This document shows positions 53,419-64,000 of a DNA stretch of 64,000 nt, piece after piece. The DNA lies in NCBI RefSeq assembly GCF_036321535.1, contig NC_087436.1, forward strand, positions 45,448,001 to 45,512,000, in the 5' to 3' direction. The position numbers and the translations under genes were made by a program. Source of the stretch: Camelus dromedarius (lineage: Eukaryota). Position 1 is the first letter of the stretch; each line of letters starts with the position of its first letter. The notes beneath the pieces were generated by a model, which saw nothing but the letters and a program-made list of their open reading frames with translations, made no database searches and was not told the origin of the DNA.

Positions 53419-53977
53419 TGTTGCAGCAAAGTGTGTTACAGCTCAGTGTTTCAGCTCAGTTGTGACAGCAACCTGGACCCAGGAGAGAGACCAAGCAGCA
53501 CTCGGAGAGTTGGAGAACTCAGGTTTATTACCCCGGTGGGCCCAGAGGAGTTAACACTCCAAGCTCTGGACCCCGTCTGTAGGTTTACACAGCCTTTTAT
53601 GGGATACCAGTCTAGACTTTGCAACATTTTGCAACATCATATGCAAATAATGTATAACAAAGGTGGCTAATTAGGAACAAGCTTTTGTAGAAATGGACCA
53701 ATCAGGAGTGAGGGAAATGGACCAATCAGGAATGGTAAAAATGGGCCAATCAGGAGTGAGCTCCATGCAAATGAAGTGCTACAAATGGACCAGTCAGAAG
53801 TTAGCTCAGGGAACCAATAGGATCTTAGGGATAAGTTCCACTTTCTTAGAAGTAAGCCATTTCAGAGGCAAAAAGTGAGATAATGCTGCTGGGCCAGGGA
53901 ACTGGATGGTGCTGTCAGAAGAGTAATGGCCCTCCCTGGGGGTCCTGCTGGTCTTTTTCATGGGGCTTCCCACCTCA
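53419..53977 (-). mobile_element. ERV1-type solo LTR with a U3 CCAAT repeat array
   Basis: TG...CA termini, exact TSD CTAT, antisense AATAAA and CATAAAA. R/U5 resembles copies A/B. Confidence 0.9.
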
Positions 53978-56838
53978 CTATCACATTCCCTTCTTACATC
54001 TTCTTAAATTAAATTTCTTCCTCTGAACTGCTGTGCTTACTGCTAACTTAATTGAAGTTTTGTAGGTATCTATTTTGGATTGTGAGTCTATTTTTACATA
54101 ATTATTTGCACTTCTCTTATTTACATAAAGTTTTGATATCTTTTATATTTACCTCAATCCCTTCCAAGATCAATAAGGCATATTCATCACTATGGTGAGA
54201 TCTTACAGGACAGGTCTATTTGGAATGGGATCTGAGGTGACCCAGGCCCACCCCCAAAACTCTGGGACAAAGGAAGAAGATACGCTGGAACTCTGGCTGG
54301 GCACCATGGCAGGAGATGCCACCCTGGGCACCCCAGAGCATCTCTGGAGGGCCGTGGGTTGCAGGAGGTGGGTGTCCAGCTTAGCCAGTTCCTCCCAGTG
54401 CTTGGGGGAGGGTCTTTAAGGAGGCTCCCGGCCCCAACTTCCCGGTTTGTTCCAACCAAAGACCATGTGAGGAGGTGAAGATTCACATCTGTTCTGTCAG
54501 TTTTTTTTTCAGAAAAGGAATGGGAGTAAAGTCTCCTTGGCCTCTTTGGTCTGTAAATACACTGTGTCATTGAGAAAAAAAAAAATTCTTCTTAAAATTT
54601 GTCATTTTCAGAGAAGTCTAAAGTGAAAATGATCAGGAGCTGAATTTTGATTTTTTTTCCTCTATGGAATTTTGTGGATGAGTTATTTATTTGCCGTATT
54701 AAGAACACACAAAAAAAGCATTTCTCTTTTATGAATCGATATGGTTTACAACTTTTGGAAAATATCTCCAGTCAGGTTAGCAAAGTTTAGTGGGGGAAAA
54801 AACTATCAGATGTGGCCCAGATATCACCAACATCTGTAAGTAAGGCCAGAATAAAACTGCAACTTACAACTCTATTCAAAGAGCTGTATTCCCTTTTCAC
54901 CTGTGCCCTTTGCCCAGACAATGCCAGCTTGGTGGCATCAGAGAAGGTACATAAAGAAATTATGACTTGGATCCCTGCATTTCTAAGTCAGAATACAAGG
55001 GGAAAAATATACCTACTTGAGGTTTGTTTTCCAGTTTCAAAATCTCTAGATGTGCTGAAACAGAGCTATACAACTCTGGGATGGTGTGGTTCTTGGTTCT
55101 TTGTTACAGCAATTCTATGAACTAAGACAATCAAGAAATTGTTGTCCTTGCTCATATGGACATTTATAATCTCCTGTAGGAAAGAGGATGACTAAGGGCT
55201 TAAGAGATATGCTAACAAAAGCTTCAAGAGTTTAGGAGGCAAGAGAGAGTGAGAGATCTTAGCTCTGAAGAGAAAGAGCCTTAAGTAGGGAGTAGCTTGT
55301 GAATGTCCAAAGAACAGACTGAATTTGACAGGGAGAAATGGGGGGTGGAGGAGGGGAAAATGGGAGAGAAGAGTATTCCAGGCAGAGGGACTGATGAGAG
55401 AAAAGGAGCCAAAACTTAAGATGTCCAGGAGATGAGAAATGGTTCAACTTGGCTAGACTCCACCTATGGACCAGAGGTCTAGAAAAGCAGGTTTAGTATT
55501 AGAAGGGCTCAGAAACTATGTGTGTATTTTAGCATATTTCCATATCAGAGAAGTTCTGAGCTGGTATCAAGATAATTCAGCCTGGCGCTGTTATTTTATA
55601 TATAGAAAAGGAAACTAAAGGATCCCCGCACTTTCTCCAAGATCTAATAGCCAGGTCTGGAATAGAATCGGGACCAAACTCCAGATCTTTTGTTTAGTAG
55701 TCAGTCATATTTGCAATAAATTTCTGTCTTTCAATGTTCCTTCCTTTCTGGCCTAATTTTGAAAATTTTACTACTAAATATCAATTAACTGTTACTTTTT
55801 AAGACCCAGTTATTTATATTCAATATTAACTACCTATCTGGTTATGGGTTAGAAATGCACACAATAAATCTTTTCATAAAAATTCCTAGTGGTGTTCCTG
55901 GGCACCCTCCCAACATTCCCCTCCATCTTTCCTAGCCTTCTGTAGCCCTCTGCAAGAAAAATATCTAAGCAAATAGCCAGGTCGTAGTGTATGTTTTGTA
56001 ATGTAAAATAAATGTAGAAAAATCACCATTTAATGTTTTATTTCTAATAGAAAAGTAACCCATTATCTCACTACTCAACTAACTCCTGCGGACTTTTTTA
56101 AAAAATGAAATACAAATACTTCCTAAGAAAATTCAAATATTGTGGGAAAATAAACAGTAGGAACTCTCTTTAGTTTATTCCCAGTTCTTTCCCCAGATAC
56201 ATACATCACCATCAAATTCTTGTCTGTCGCCTTCCCCCCCGCCAAAAAAGAAAGAAAATGTGTACAATTGTATGTGCTTTTCTTAATGTATCACTATACA
56301 GAATGTCCTGTGCCTGCTTTTTAATTTTCCTTAAAAATATATTCTGGTAGCTCTTTAGATATGGCAATCTATATAACCATTTATTTTTAAAAGACTTCAT
56401 AATATTCCATCCTAAGGGTGTGCCATCATTTAGTTAATATTAGCCATCATTTATTTAGCCCCCGATTACTTCCAGTGATAGTACTGAATAGTATCTTATA
56501 CATATACCTATAATTTTTTTTGTGAGTGTATCCACAGAGTAACTTCCTAGTAGTGGAATTACTAACGATTACCATGTTTTCCCCACCTAAAAACCCTTTA
56601 ATATTTCCCCACCTCACTGCAGTTAGAATCAAATCCAATTCTCTTATCTTGATTTACCAATGGTCCAAGACCTGGCCTGCCTGCCTCTCCAACCTATCAG
56701 TTACTCCTTCATTGTGACCTGGAGACACACTTGCCTTTCATCCTCAGTCCTGCAAACTCGATCCTTATTTCAGGACATTCATACTTGCTCTTGCTTCTGC
56801 AAGAAGTGGCTGTCTCTTTGTCATTGTGGTTTCAACTA

Positions 56839-57177
56839 TTGATCTAAAAACAGATAGACTGGTGGTTATTACTCCCTCTTACTAAAGATGGGTTTATCTG
56901 GGATTAGCAGAGTTGCAGTTCAGGGAAGGAAACCGTGGTGGGCCACGTGCAAGTCACTACAGAGTAATGGAAGGAGACCACTTTTATAGAGGGGAAAAGG
57001 AAGTTGGGAGGGCTAGAGTAAACAGAGTCCATGACATTTCATTGGTTGAGTTGTTGCCAGGAGAGGAGTCTTTCTTCTTCATGTTGGGCTCCGCTGTGGT
57101 TGCAGGGCAGGAGAGCGCCCCCTTCTGATATCCAGACACTAATTAATTGAGGTTTCTGGGTATGAATTTTTTCCATA
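56839..57177 (-). mobile_element. ERV LTR fragment inserted in an L2
   Basis: Antisense TATA ('cttttatag') and CCAAT ('cattgg') at LTR-like spacing. Interrupts L2-like sequence. Confidence 0.5.
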
Positions 57178-58699
57178 GTTCACAGTCACCTTCTCAGTGA
57201 AGCCTTCAGGGTTTAAATGAGTGCTCCCATCTCTTCACATGATGCTGTTTAATTTTAATTTTAGGACTTCACTTTATGTGAAATTATTTTGTCTTCCTCT
57301 CTGGAATGTGAGCTCCAAAAGAGCAAGAGTCTTGTCTCTCCTCTTCCCCACTGAGTCCTGAAATCTCAGATGAGCACAGGCTCAAGGAGTATCTGGTGAA
57401 CGAATGGTCAAAGGATAAGTGGATTTAAAATGAGTAAATAAGCTGCCAAATTGCTTTCCAGATAAAGTCACTGGTTTTCACTATCACTAACAGTATCTGT
57501 TCCTCAACAACACTTAGAAATATCAAGAACTTACCATTTTTGCTAATTGTCTACTTTAAAGTTCAAGAAATTGGAGCTTATCTCCCATTTTAAACACTGT
57601 TCAGAAAAAATCAGGTATTTGTTTTTAACATAACCCCAAATCCATCTTAACCCATAACCTCCCAAAATAAACAGGTAAAAACAGACATTATTTGGATAAG
57701 AAACATAGTAAGCAGATGGTAATTTCTCATACTAGTTTAAGATTGGCATGATGACTAGTGAGAACAGTACTCAATTTAAAAATGGAATCCTTTTAAAGCA
57801 AATGTTGGACTTACCTTGAAAGTTATAGCAAAATGTTTGCTGGATTTTCTCACACTTGATTCCTCTCCCACTTCCCTCCCTTCTTTCACTTATTTAATCT
57901 CTTCACTTTACAAATATTTATTGATGACTCACAAGCCCAGGTAATCTGCTAACATCCCTACCGCTCATCAGGCCACACCCACCTTCCAGCCCGCCCAACC
58001 CTGCCAAGTCTTTTGACTGAGGTTTTACCTTCAAATTCAGACTTGTACTGCAGAAATCTCTAGAATTGAAGAGATGAGAAAAGGCCATACATGGAATGTT
58101 TGGGAGCATCAATTTATAAATTAACTTATAAATTAATTTGCTAAATATATAAATATTTGTACATATATGTATAATTGTATTGATTTTTAAAGCTCTTTAT
58201 TTAACTTATTATACCACCCTCATTTACAGAGATGTTTCTCCCAGTCTCCCTTTTCTCTGGTTCTGGGCACCTGATTTTAAATGAAAATATCCTCTCTTTG
58301 GACGCCCAGGGAGGTGGGGAGCTGGGAAGAGAGAAAGAGAATGTTCTTCCTACTCCTAATGGCCACCTAATTTTTAAAGCATAAGTCCCTTACTATTATT
58401 ACACTTTAACTTTACAATTACATGGACAGATTAGATGGTCAGATGTCGCCATGTCTCTTATTTCATTTTTCGTAACTTGTGGAGTGGAGGGACGTTCAGA
58501 ATAAGAAAATACTTTTCCCTTGGAAAAAAGAAAGAGGAATGTATATGGAAGCTGAGGTTAAAACGTCACTGTGAGACTGGGGGCTCAGCAGGGGTCAACA
58601 TTACATTGACCCCTCTCCTCAAACACGATTCTGTTGCATCTACTACCCTTAGCGAAATTTCTCGTGCAAACAAATAGTTTCTGCATTGGAGCAGTTGGT

Positions 58700-59400
58700 C
58701 CTGTTCTCCTATTTGCTAACTTCCATTCCCTCTTTGTCTCAGTTCATTAACTCCACACCTTCCCGTACCCAAACCCTCCACCTAACCTCCCCCGCTCTTG
58801 TGGCTACTAGTCAATCTGGACTGTCCACCCGCCTCCGCCTCCGTCTCCGCCTCCGCAGCTCCAGCTGGCACGTGATTGGGGAGCTCTGCGGGCTGGCAGG
58901 CCCCAGGTTGACTTAAGTCAAAGCCGAATCCCTGAGGTAAGTGACCCGGAGGGTACGGCTGGGGCGAGGAGGTAGGAAGTGCGTTCCTTTCACGTGGGAT
59001 TTCAATGCAAATTTGCCTGGACTTCCTGCGAGAGCGCTGTCAGGTTTTACTATTTATCGTCTACTTGCCAAGCTCTCAGGTCCACGCGCTTTGGGGCTGC
59101 ACTCTGTACGCCGAAACTTCATTCAAAGGCCAGGCTGGGCGGCCCATGAGGTCGGGATTGAGGGGTGCAGATGATCTCGAAGCCACTTCCTCCCTTTCCG
59201 CGCCCTTCCTCCACTCCCCCAGTCACCTTCGCGTAAACAAAACGGCCCCCAGGGCTAGGGAGGTCTCGGTTTCTCTTGCTCTTCCTCGCAAAGGGTTAAT
59301 TTGTCAGATCGCACGAGGGGGAGGAGATTTCCCTGTAGACAAGTAAAAGGGTGATGGACAAACGTGCGGGCACTAAGACCGCAAGGCATTCATTTCCTCC
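58700..59400 (+). promoter_or_regulatory. ELOVL6: ELOVL6 promoter region
   Basis: CpG-rich, directly upstream of the first coding exon. Contains GC boxes, E-boxes CACGTG (58869, 58991), inverted CCAAT (58875), octamer ATGCAAAT (59005) and SRE-like ATCGCACGAG (59308-59317). Confidence 0.8.
58880..58936 (+). other. ELOVL6: Candidate upstream non-coding first exon (start approximate)
   Basis: Consensus donor GAG|GTAAGT at 58936/58937, downstream of GC, E-box and CCAAT motifs. Candidate acceptor 'ttttattttgtgtag|' at 59619/59620. Confidence 0.55.
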
Positions 59401-59651
59401 TACGGTGGATGCGGACGCCGGGAGGAGGAGAGTCCCAGAGCGAGGAGCCGGGCGCGGAGGCACAGGCAATGCTCAACCCTCAATGTAGCTAAGAGAGGCT
59501 GGGAGAGACCGATTGCCGGAGACCAAGCAGCGAGGGGAAGACCTAGGGGGGTGGGTGGGGGAATCATACAGGAGAGCACTTGAAATCAAGCGCTTTACAG
59601 ATAATTTTATTTTGTGTAGAGTACACGTAGCGATTCCGAAGATCAGCCCCA

Positions 59652-59740
59652 ATGAACATGTCAGTGTTGACTTTACAAGAATATGAATTCGAAAAGCAGT
59701 TCAACGAGAGTGAAGCCATCCAATGGATGCAGGAAAACTG
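59652..59740 (+). CDS. ELOVL6: ELOVL fatty acid elongase 6, first coding exon (89 nt; the gene continues beyond the window)
   Basis: Translates [29 protein letters not shown](W), the recognisable ELOVL6 N-terminus. Ends at a phase-2 donor TG|GTAGGT. Confidence 0.98.
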
Positions 59741-60689
59741 GTAGGTGATGCTTTCGCATGATACTATTCCTGGGAGCCCTGCGCGTCTTCCTGGTGTGCC
59801 TTAATGTCGGTACTCCCTTTCTGGGGAGTGAATGGAGCGAGGAATCGCGGGCAGCAGCGAGCGGGTCTCCCGGGTTCAGGAGACACTGAGGCTGCATGAA
59901 GCGCGTGGGTCTGTGGGTGCCCCTGTGTGAACCGTGGCTACACATGCATCTTTAATATAGATTATATAACATAGAACATATATGTGTACATAGAGTAGAT
60001 GTCGCGCGGCAGGGAAGGCGGGAGAGATGTCACAGCCCCTACCTGTGCTACTCCTCTAGATTTGGCTTTTCTTGCTTGGCCTCCTGCAAGCAGAGTGAGG
60101 AAGGCAGTGGAGGGAGGACCCGGCCTCCTGCTCCCTTTAACCCTCTCCCGTCCGCCGTCCTCGGCTCTCTGGTCCTCGCCCTCTTCCCATCCCTCGTGTC
60201 CTTCCTTTCTCCTTGCAGCTCTCCTACTTCACTGCCCTCCTCTTTTCTGCTCCCCAGCCGGATTCCTCCTTTCCTGGACCTCTTTCCCCACGCGGATCTC
60301 TTTCCGGTTTCATAAAGAGACAGGGGCGGGGGGTGGGGGAGGAGGGGACAATGAAAACAGTAATAAAAATGAATGAACCCGAGCGAGTGGAGCCACGCCA
60401 TTATTAAGTTTGTTTCACGGAAACGCCTTTTGGCCACACTCCTTTCTAATTTAGTGGGAAGCTGCTGACTGGAGTTGATACACTGATTAAAAACCCCTCG
60501 GTTCGCAGAGTCCTTGGGGGCTCCTCCCCAAACTTCTAATCCAGGAACGCATCTTTCTTGTTTACCGTGTTCCCTCCGCCAGTCCTTTTGAAAATCCCAA
60601 TGTGGGAAGCGATCCTGTGTCACCTTGCAATATTTAACAGGGGAGGGTGTGTGTGGTCACCTCGCTTGTTTCTTGTAGACAGAGCTGCT

Positions 60690-61760
60690 GTGGCAGACAT
60701 TCTCCTCCTCCCCTTAACCCTGGGTCTGGCGATTGGTAAAGAGCAAACCCCACGCACCCCCCGAGCTGGAAGGGAGGGTCGGGCCGAGAGGGCTCCGGGG
60801 CGCTGGGGGATCCTGCCCGCCGCGTGCACGAGCGCGTGCTCTGGCGCCCTCACGACCTGCCTTCCTCCTCCCACCTCATCAATGGGAAACCCGAGACGCC
60901 GGCACGCCGGGGGCTGGGGCGGGTGGGTGCAATAGGAGGGGGTTGCTGCGGGCAGGAGTGGGGGAATAGGGGTTCAACTTCTTTTTCTCCGGCCCCCAGG
61001 AGTCGCGACTGGTCTCGGGAGGTTCGGCTACCTCTCCCCCCTCCTCCCTCCCGGCCGGTCCGCCCTGGACCAGCTGGTCATTTGCGGCCGCAGCCGGGCG
61101 GAGCCCGCCCCCTGCGCCGTGCGCGCCGGCTGGGCCCGGCCTGTTGGTGGGGGAGCGCAGCCGGCCCCGCTCGGTCACACTCGCTGCGGCTTGGCTGTGG
61201 GCTTCTGAGGGCGCGGGGGCCGGAATGTGGCGGAGGGTCGGAGCCGGAAGCCAGGAGGGGAACGCGATCCGCTCGGAAGACTAGGAAGTGCGGCAGCAGA
61301 CGGAGACAGGGCTGGGGTCCCTCCCTGGCCGCCGAGGCCGAAAGGGCCAAGGGTGGGTTCGGAAGATGATTGTGCACTGGGAAGCTCGATCCCGTGGGAG
61401 TTTAGACATTGAAAGGCCTTGGCGTTCCGGGGAAGCCTAGCCCCCTCGGGCTCCGCCGCTTGGGGACCTTCTCCAGATGCACTTCCTCCTCCCGCTTAGG
61501 GGGTGGCGCTGAAGGCGGGGTGGGGGCGGTGGCCAGCCGAGGGCCCGGGTCTTCTCTGCAGCTGTTTGTCCTATTTCCTTGCCGCGCAGCTCGGGCCCAT
61601 CTTCCTAACCCCGGTGGCCTAGTGTGCTCTGTGTTCTCTGACGTCTACCGTGCCTCCAACTTGCTGCATCCTTGTCGAACCTGCCTCTAGAGCCGGCTTC
61701 CCCTCCCGCGGGCTGCCCGCGTTCACTGTCTGCCAGCCCTCTCTTGCACCATTGCGTTTG
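60690..61760. promoter_or_regulatory. Intronic CpG island
   Basis: Visibly very high GC and CpG density, with GC boxes and G-runs. Confidence 0.85.
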
Positions 61761-63450
61761 GTACTGCCTCTTAATCACTTGTTGCCTTTTCTCTGAGGCT
61801 GCTTTCTGTGCCTCCTCCACTTCCAGGTACCGTTTTCCCGCCTCTTTTCCCCATTCACTCAGCAAGTACACACTGAATCAGACAGGGCCTAGCCCTCTGG
61901 GGACTGAAAATGGGGAAAATGCGCCAATTTATCTTTGCCTATTGGGCTCTACCACTGTTTCCTCCTGGCTCTTTATCTGAACCTTATGTCTGGCAATATC
62001 TTTCCTGGCTTTTATTCATATACATGAATATTTACCTATATGTCTGTGCCTCTTACCAGACCACCATCTCTCAGGGCATGGTTCTTGTCTCATTCCACTA
62101 TTGATTATGTAGAGCATCTTGAAGGATGCTTTGTACATGGCAGATGCTGGGGAAAATGCTTATCTAGTGAGCTAAAGTGACAATGGGTGCCCATTTTATT
62201 GCCAGCCCTACCTGTTAATACCTGAAGCTTAACTTACTTGGCTTCCTTCTGCATTTTGAGTGCTATGTCATAGTCACATACTAGAGTTTCCCCTTCCCGG
62301 CCTTTTCTCTTTTGTTTGTTCTTCGTGGCTTACCTACTACAGCACAAAACCCTGCTGTTACCCTTTCCTTGCAGGTCTTCTGGACCCTGATTGTCTTGCT
62401 TTCTTCTTTTACTCCAGAGTGTATGCATTTCTCCCAATATCCTTGGGGCCCAGTTTTATAAACCTCCTCCCCAAAACCCCTGATAATACAAAGTCTTGAG
62501 CCCGGTGTATAAGAAAATGAAGATTTCCTTTTCATTTCCCTTGTTAACAGGAGAAGGGACTCCATACCAAGGCTTATACCCTCTTGGGGTCAGGGGAAGT
62601 TTAGGAAATACAGGGTCTTGCCTTTCCCAGACTCATTAACTTAAAATGGCTTGAAATAGCTTCTGGAGGAAAAACACAATGTTGGGAAGCTTCTCTGTTT
62701 TTTGACAAATCATTTTCAGTTGTTCTTAAAAATCTGTATACATAGCCTCAAATGAAACTCCATTTAGAGAATTATAACTCATGTCTCAAAAATGAGCTAC
62801 ACCCACTGTCTTTTGAAGAATTGTAAGGAAGGCTAGGAGTGCTGTCTTGTCAGTATGCTGTCTGCACTACTTTTTGAGTATCATTTAAGAGGACCTTTAT
62901 TAAACTTACCCTATAATCCATGTTCATTACCTTATTACATATTAATGTAAAGGGGCCCCCTTTTTGGAGTGATGTTTGTATAAACTCTATAAAGGGTTCA
63001 ACTGAGGCAAGTTTATCAAGTTTATTGCTGTCTAAAGAGTAATTAACCCTGTATTCATTTGTTACAGACACGAGATAAATACCGCAGACCTTTTTACTTT
63101 TCTAGCAAATAGTTTCATATATAACAGATCAGCAAAGCTACAGAAATGCCAAGTAATAAATATTGTGCCTTGGAGGATCCTCCTGAGCCACATCTTGAAA
63201 CTATATGTCAAATTAAAAATATCCTGAGTAATACTGTCTGGTATATGAGAGTGTGTTGCATGAGGCAGAGGAAAATGCCTGCTTTTAGCTCAATAGCATT
63301 TTTGAGTTCTGATTTTACACTGAAAAGCCCTTGTGATTTTACAGCGTCGAAAAGAGAGGCATTTTGTTCTTTTATGAGACATCTGGCCTTTACCTGTTAT
63401 TTTCACTAAGAGCTGACTTATAAGGGCTGCTAGCAAGGGAGCAAAATCGC

Positions 63451-63670
63451 CTAGTGATTGGTAAGGTGACATAAAATTCATTGAGTGAGAAGGGCAGCTG
63501 GGCTCTGCGTTCTCTCTCAGCAGCCTGCCGGCTCTGTGCTAGCAGTGCTGTATGCTAGCTGCTCCAATTGTAATTGTCTGGCCAATGGTGATTATCTTCT
63601 GATGTCGGCTGACACGGTGTTCACCAATGAGAAAACAGGAGGCCTGTGAGGTGATGTCATCACAGGGCTT
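63451..63670. promoter_or_regulatory. Candidate intronic SREBP/NF-Y enhancer
   Basis: Four CCAAT/ATTGG boxes plus GTGAGGTGAT (reverse complement ATCACCTCAC) and GTAAGGTGAC. Confidence 0.5.
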
Positions 63671-64000
63671 GCCTAGAACCTCAGGAAACCCTCCCCCGCT
63701 CCCCTCTGGCCTCTTCCATGTCCAGTCTTTGAGTGTTTTGTATGTTTTTCTGACTCCCCCCCCCCCCAGGCTGTGGTGATGGTTATAAGGGTTTTATTGT
63801 TTTTATATTTTTGTTCTGTATTTTGGGTCTATAAGATAGTGTAGGCATTTTCAGAATTAAATACTGTCTGGCTCAGGAAATGTTTTATCCACAGATTGTT
63901 TTTATGAAGGACAAAATTTAAAAGAAACAGTATTTAAAAGGGATTGTACATCTTTATGTTCTTTCTTATATGTGAGGTTTAGAAAGTAACATGTACAATT

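Larger units (their letters stand above)
59741..64000 (+). other. ELOVL6: ELOVL6 intron following the first coding exon (partial)
   Basis: Begins GTAGGT. I did not find the next coding exon (KKSFLFSALY...) in the window. Confidence 0.9.

Noticed and set aside
53690..53800. CRISPR-like repeat-spacer array
   Set aside because: Short tandem U3 enhancer units inside a TSD-flanked LTR in a mammalian genome, with no cas genes.
58850..59010. Carbohydrate response element at the promoter E-boxes
   Set aside because: Neither CACGTG has a partner E-box at the required 5-bp spacing.
59999..61980. Many overlapping ORFs on both strands
   Set aside because: Stop-codon scarcity in a GC-rich intronic island.

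Overview
Mammalian genomic DNA, very probably camelid: a Vic-1-type tRNA-derived SINE lies at ~48.9 kb and camelid/artiodactyl-type L1 3' ends are present. About 58 kb is repeat-dense intergenic sequence (L1, L2, MIR, MaLR/ERVL and ERV1-type solo LTRs, hAT and Tigger DNA transposons, microsatellites). It lies upstream of ELOVL6 on the + strand. The promoter, a candidate upstream non-coding exon, the first coding exon (59652-59740, [30 protein letters not shown]...) and ~4.3 kb of the next intron with a CpG island fill the last ~5.5 kb. No other intact protein-coding gene is supported, and the ORF track is repeat-derived or spurious. I see no evidence for a new multi-gene system. The best leads are an apparent N20S change creating a second N-glycosylation sequon, uORFs and a G4 in the leader, an intronic SRE/CCAAT cluster, several young solo LTRs with target-site duplications (TSDs) near the promoter, and several L1 rearrangement or repair scars. 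Repeat family names come from recalled consensus sequences, not a database search. Boundaries of old repeats are approximate.
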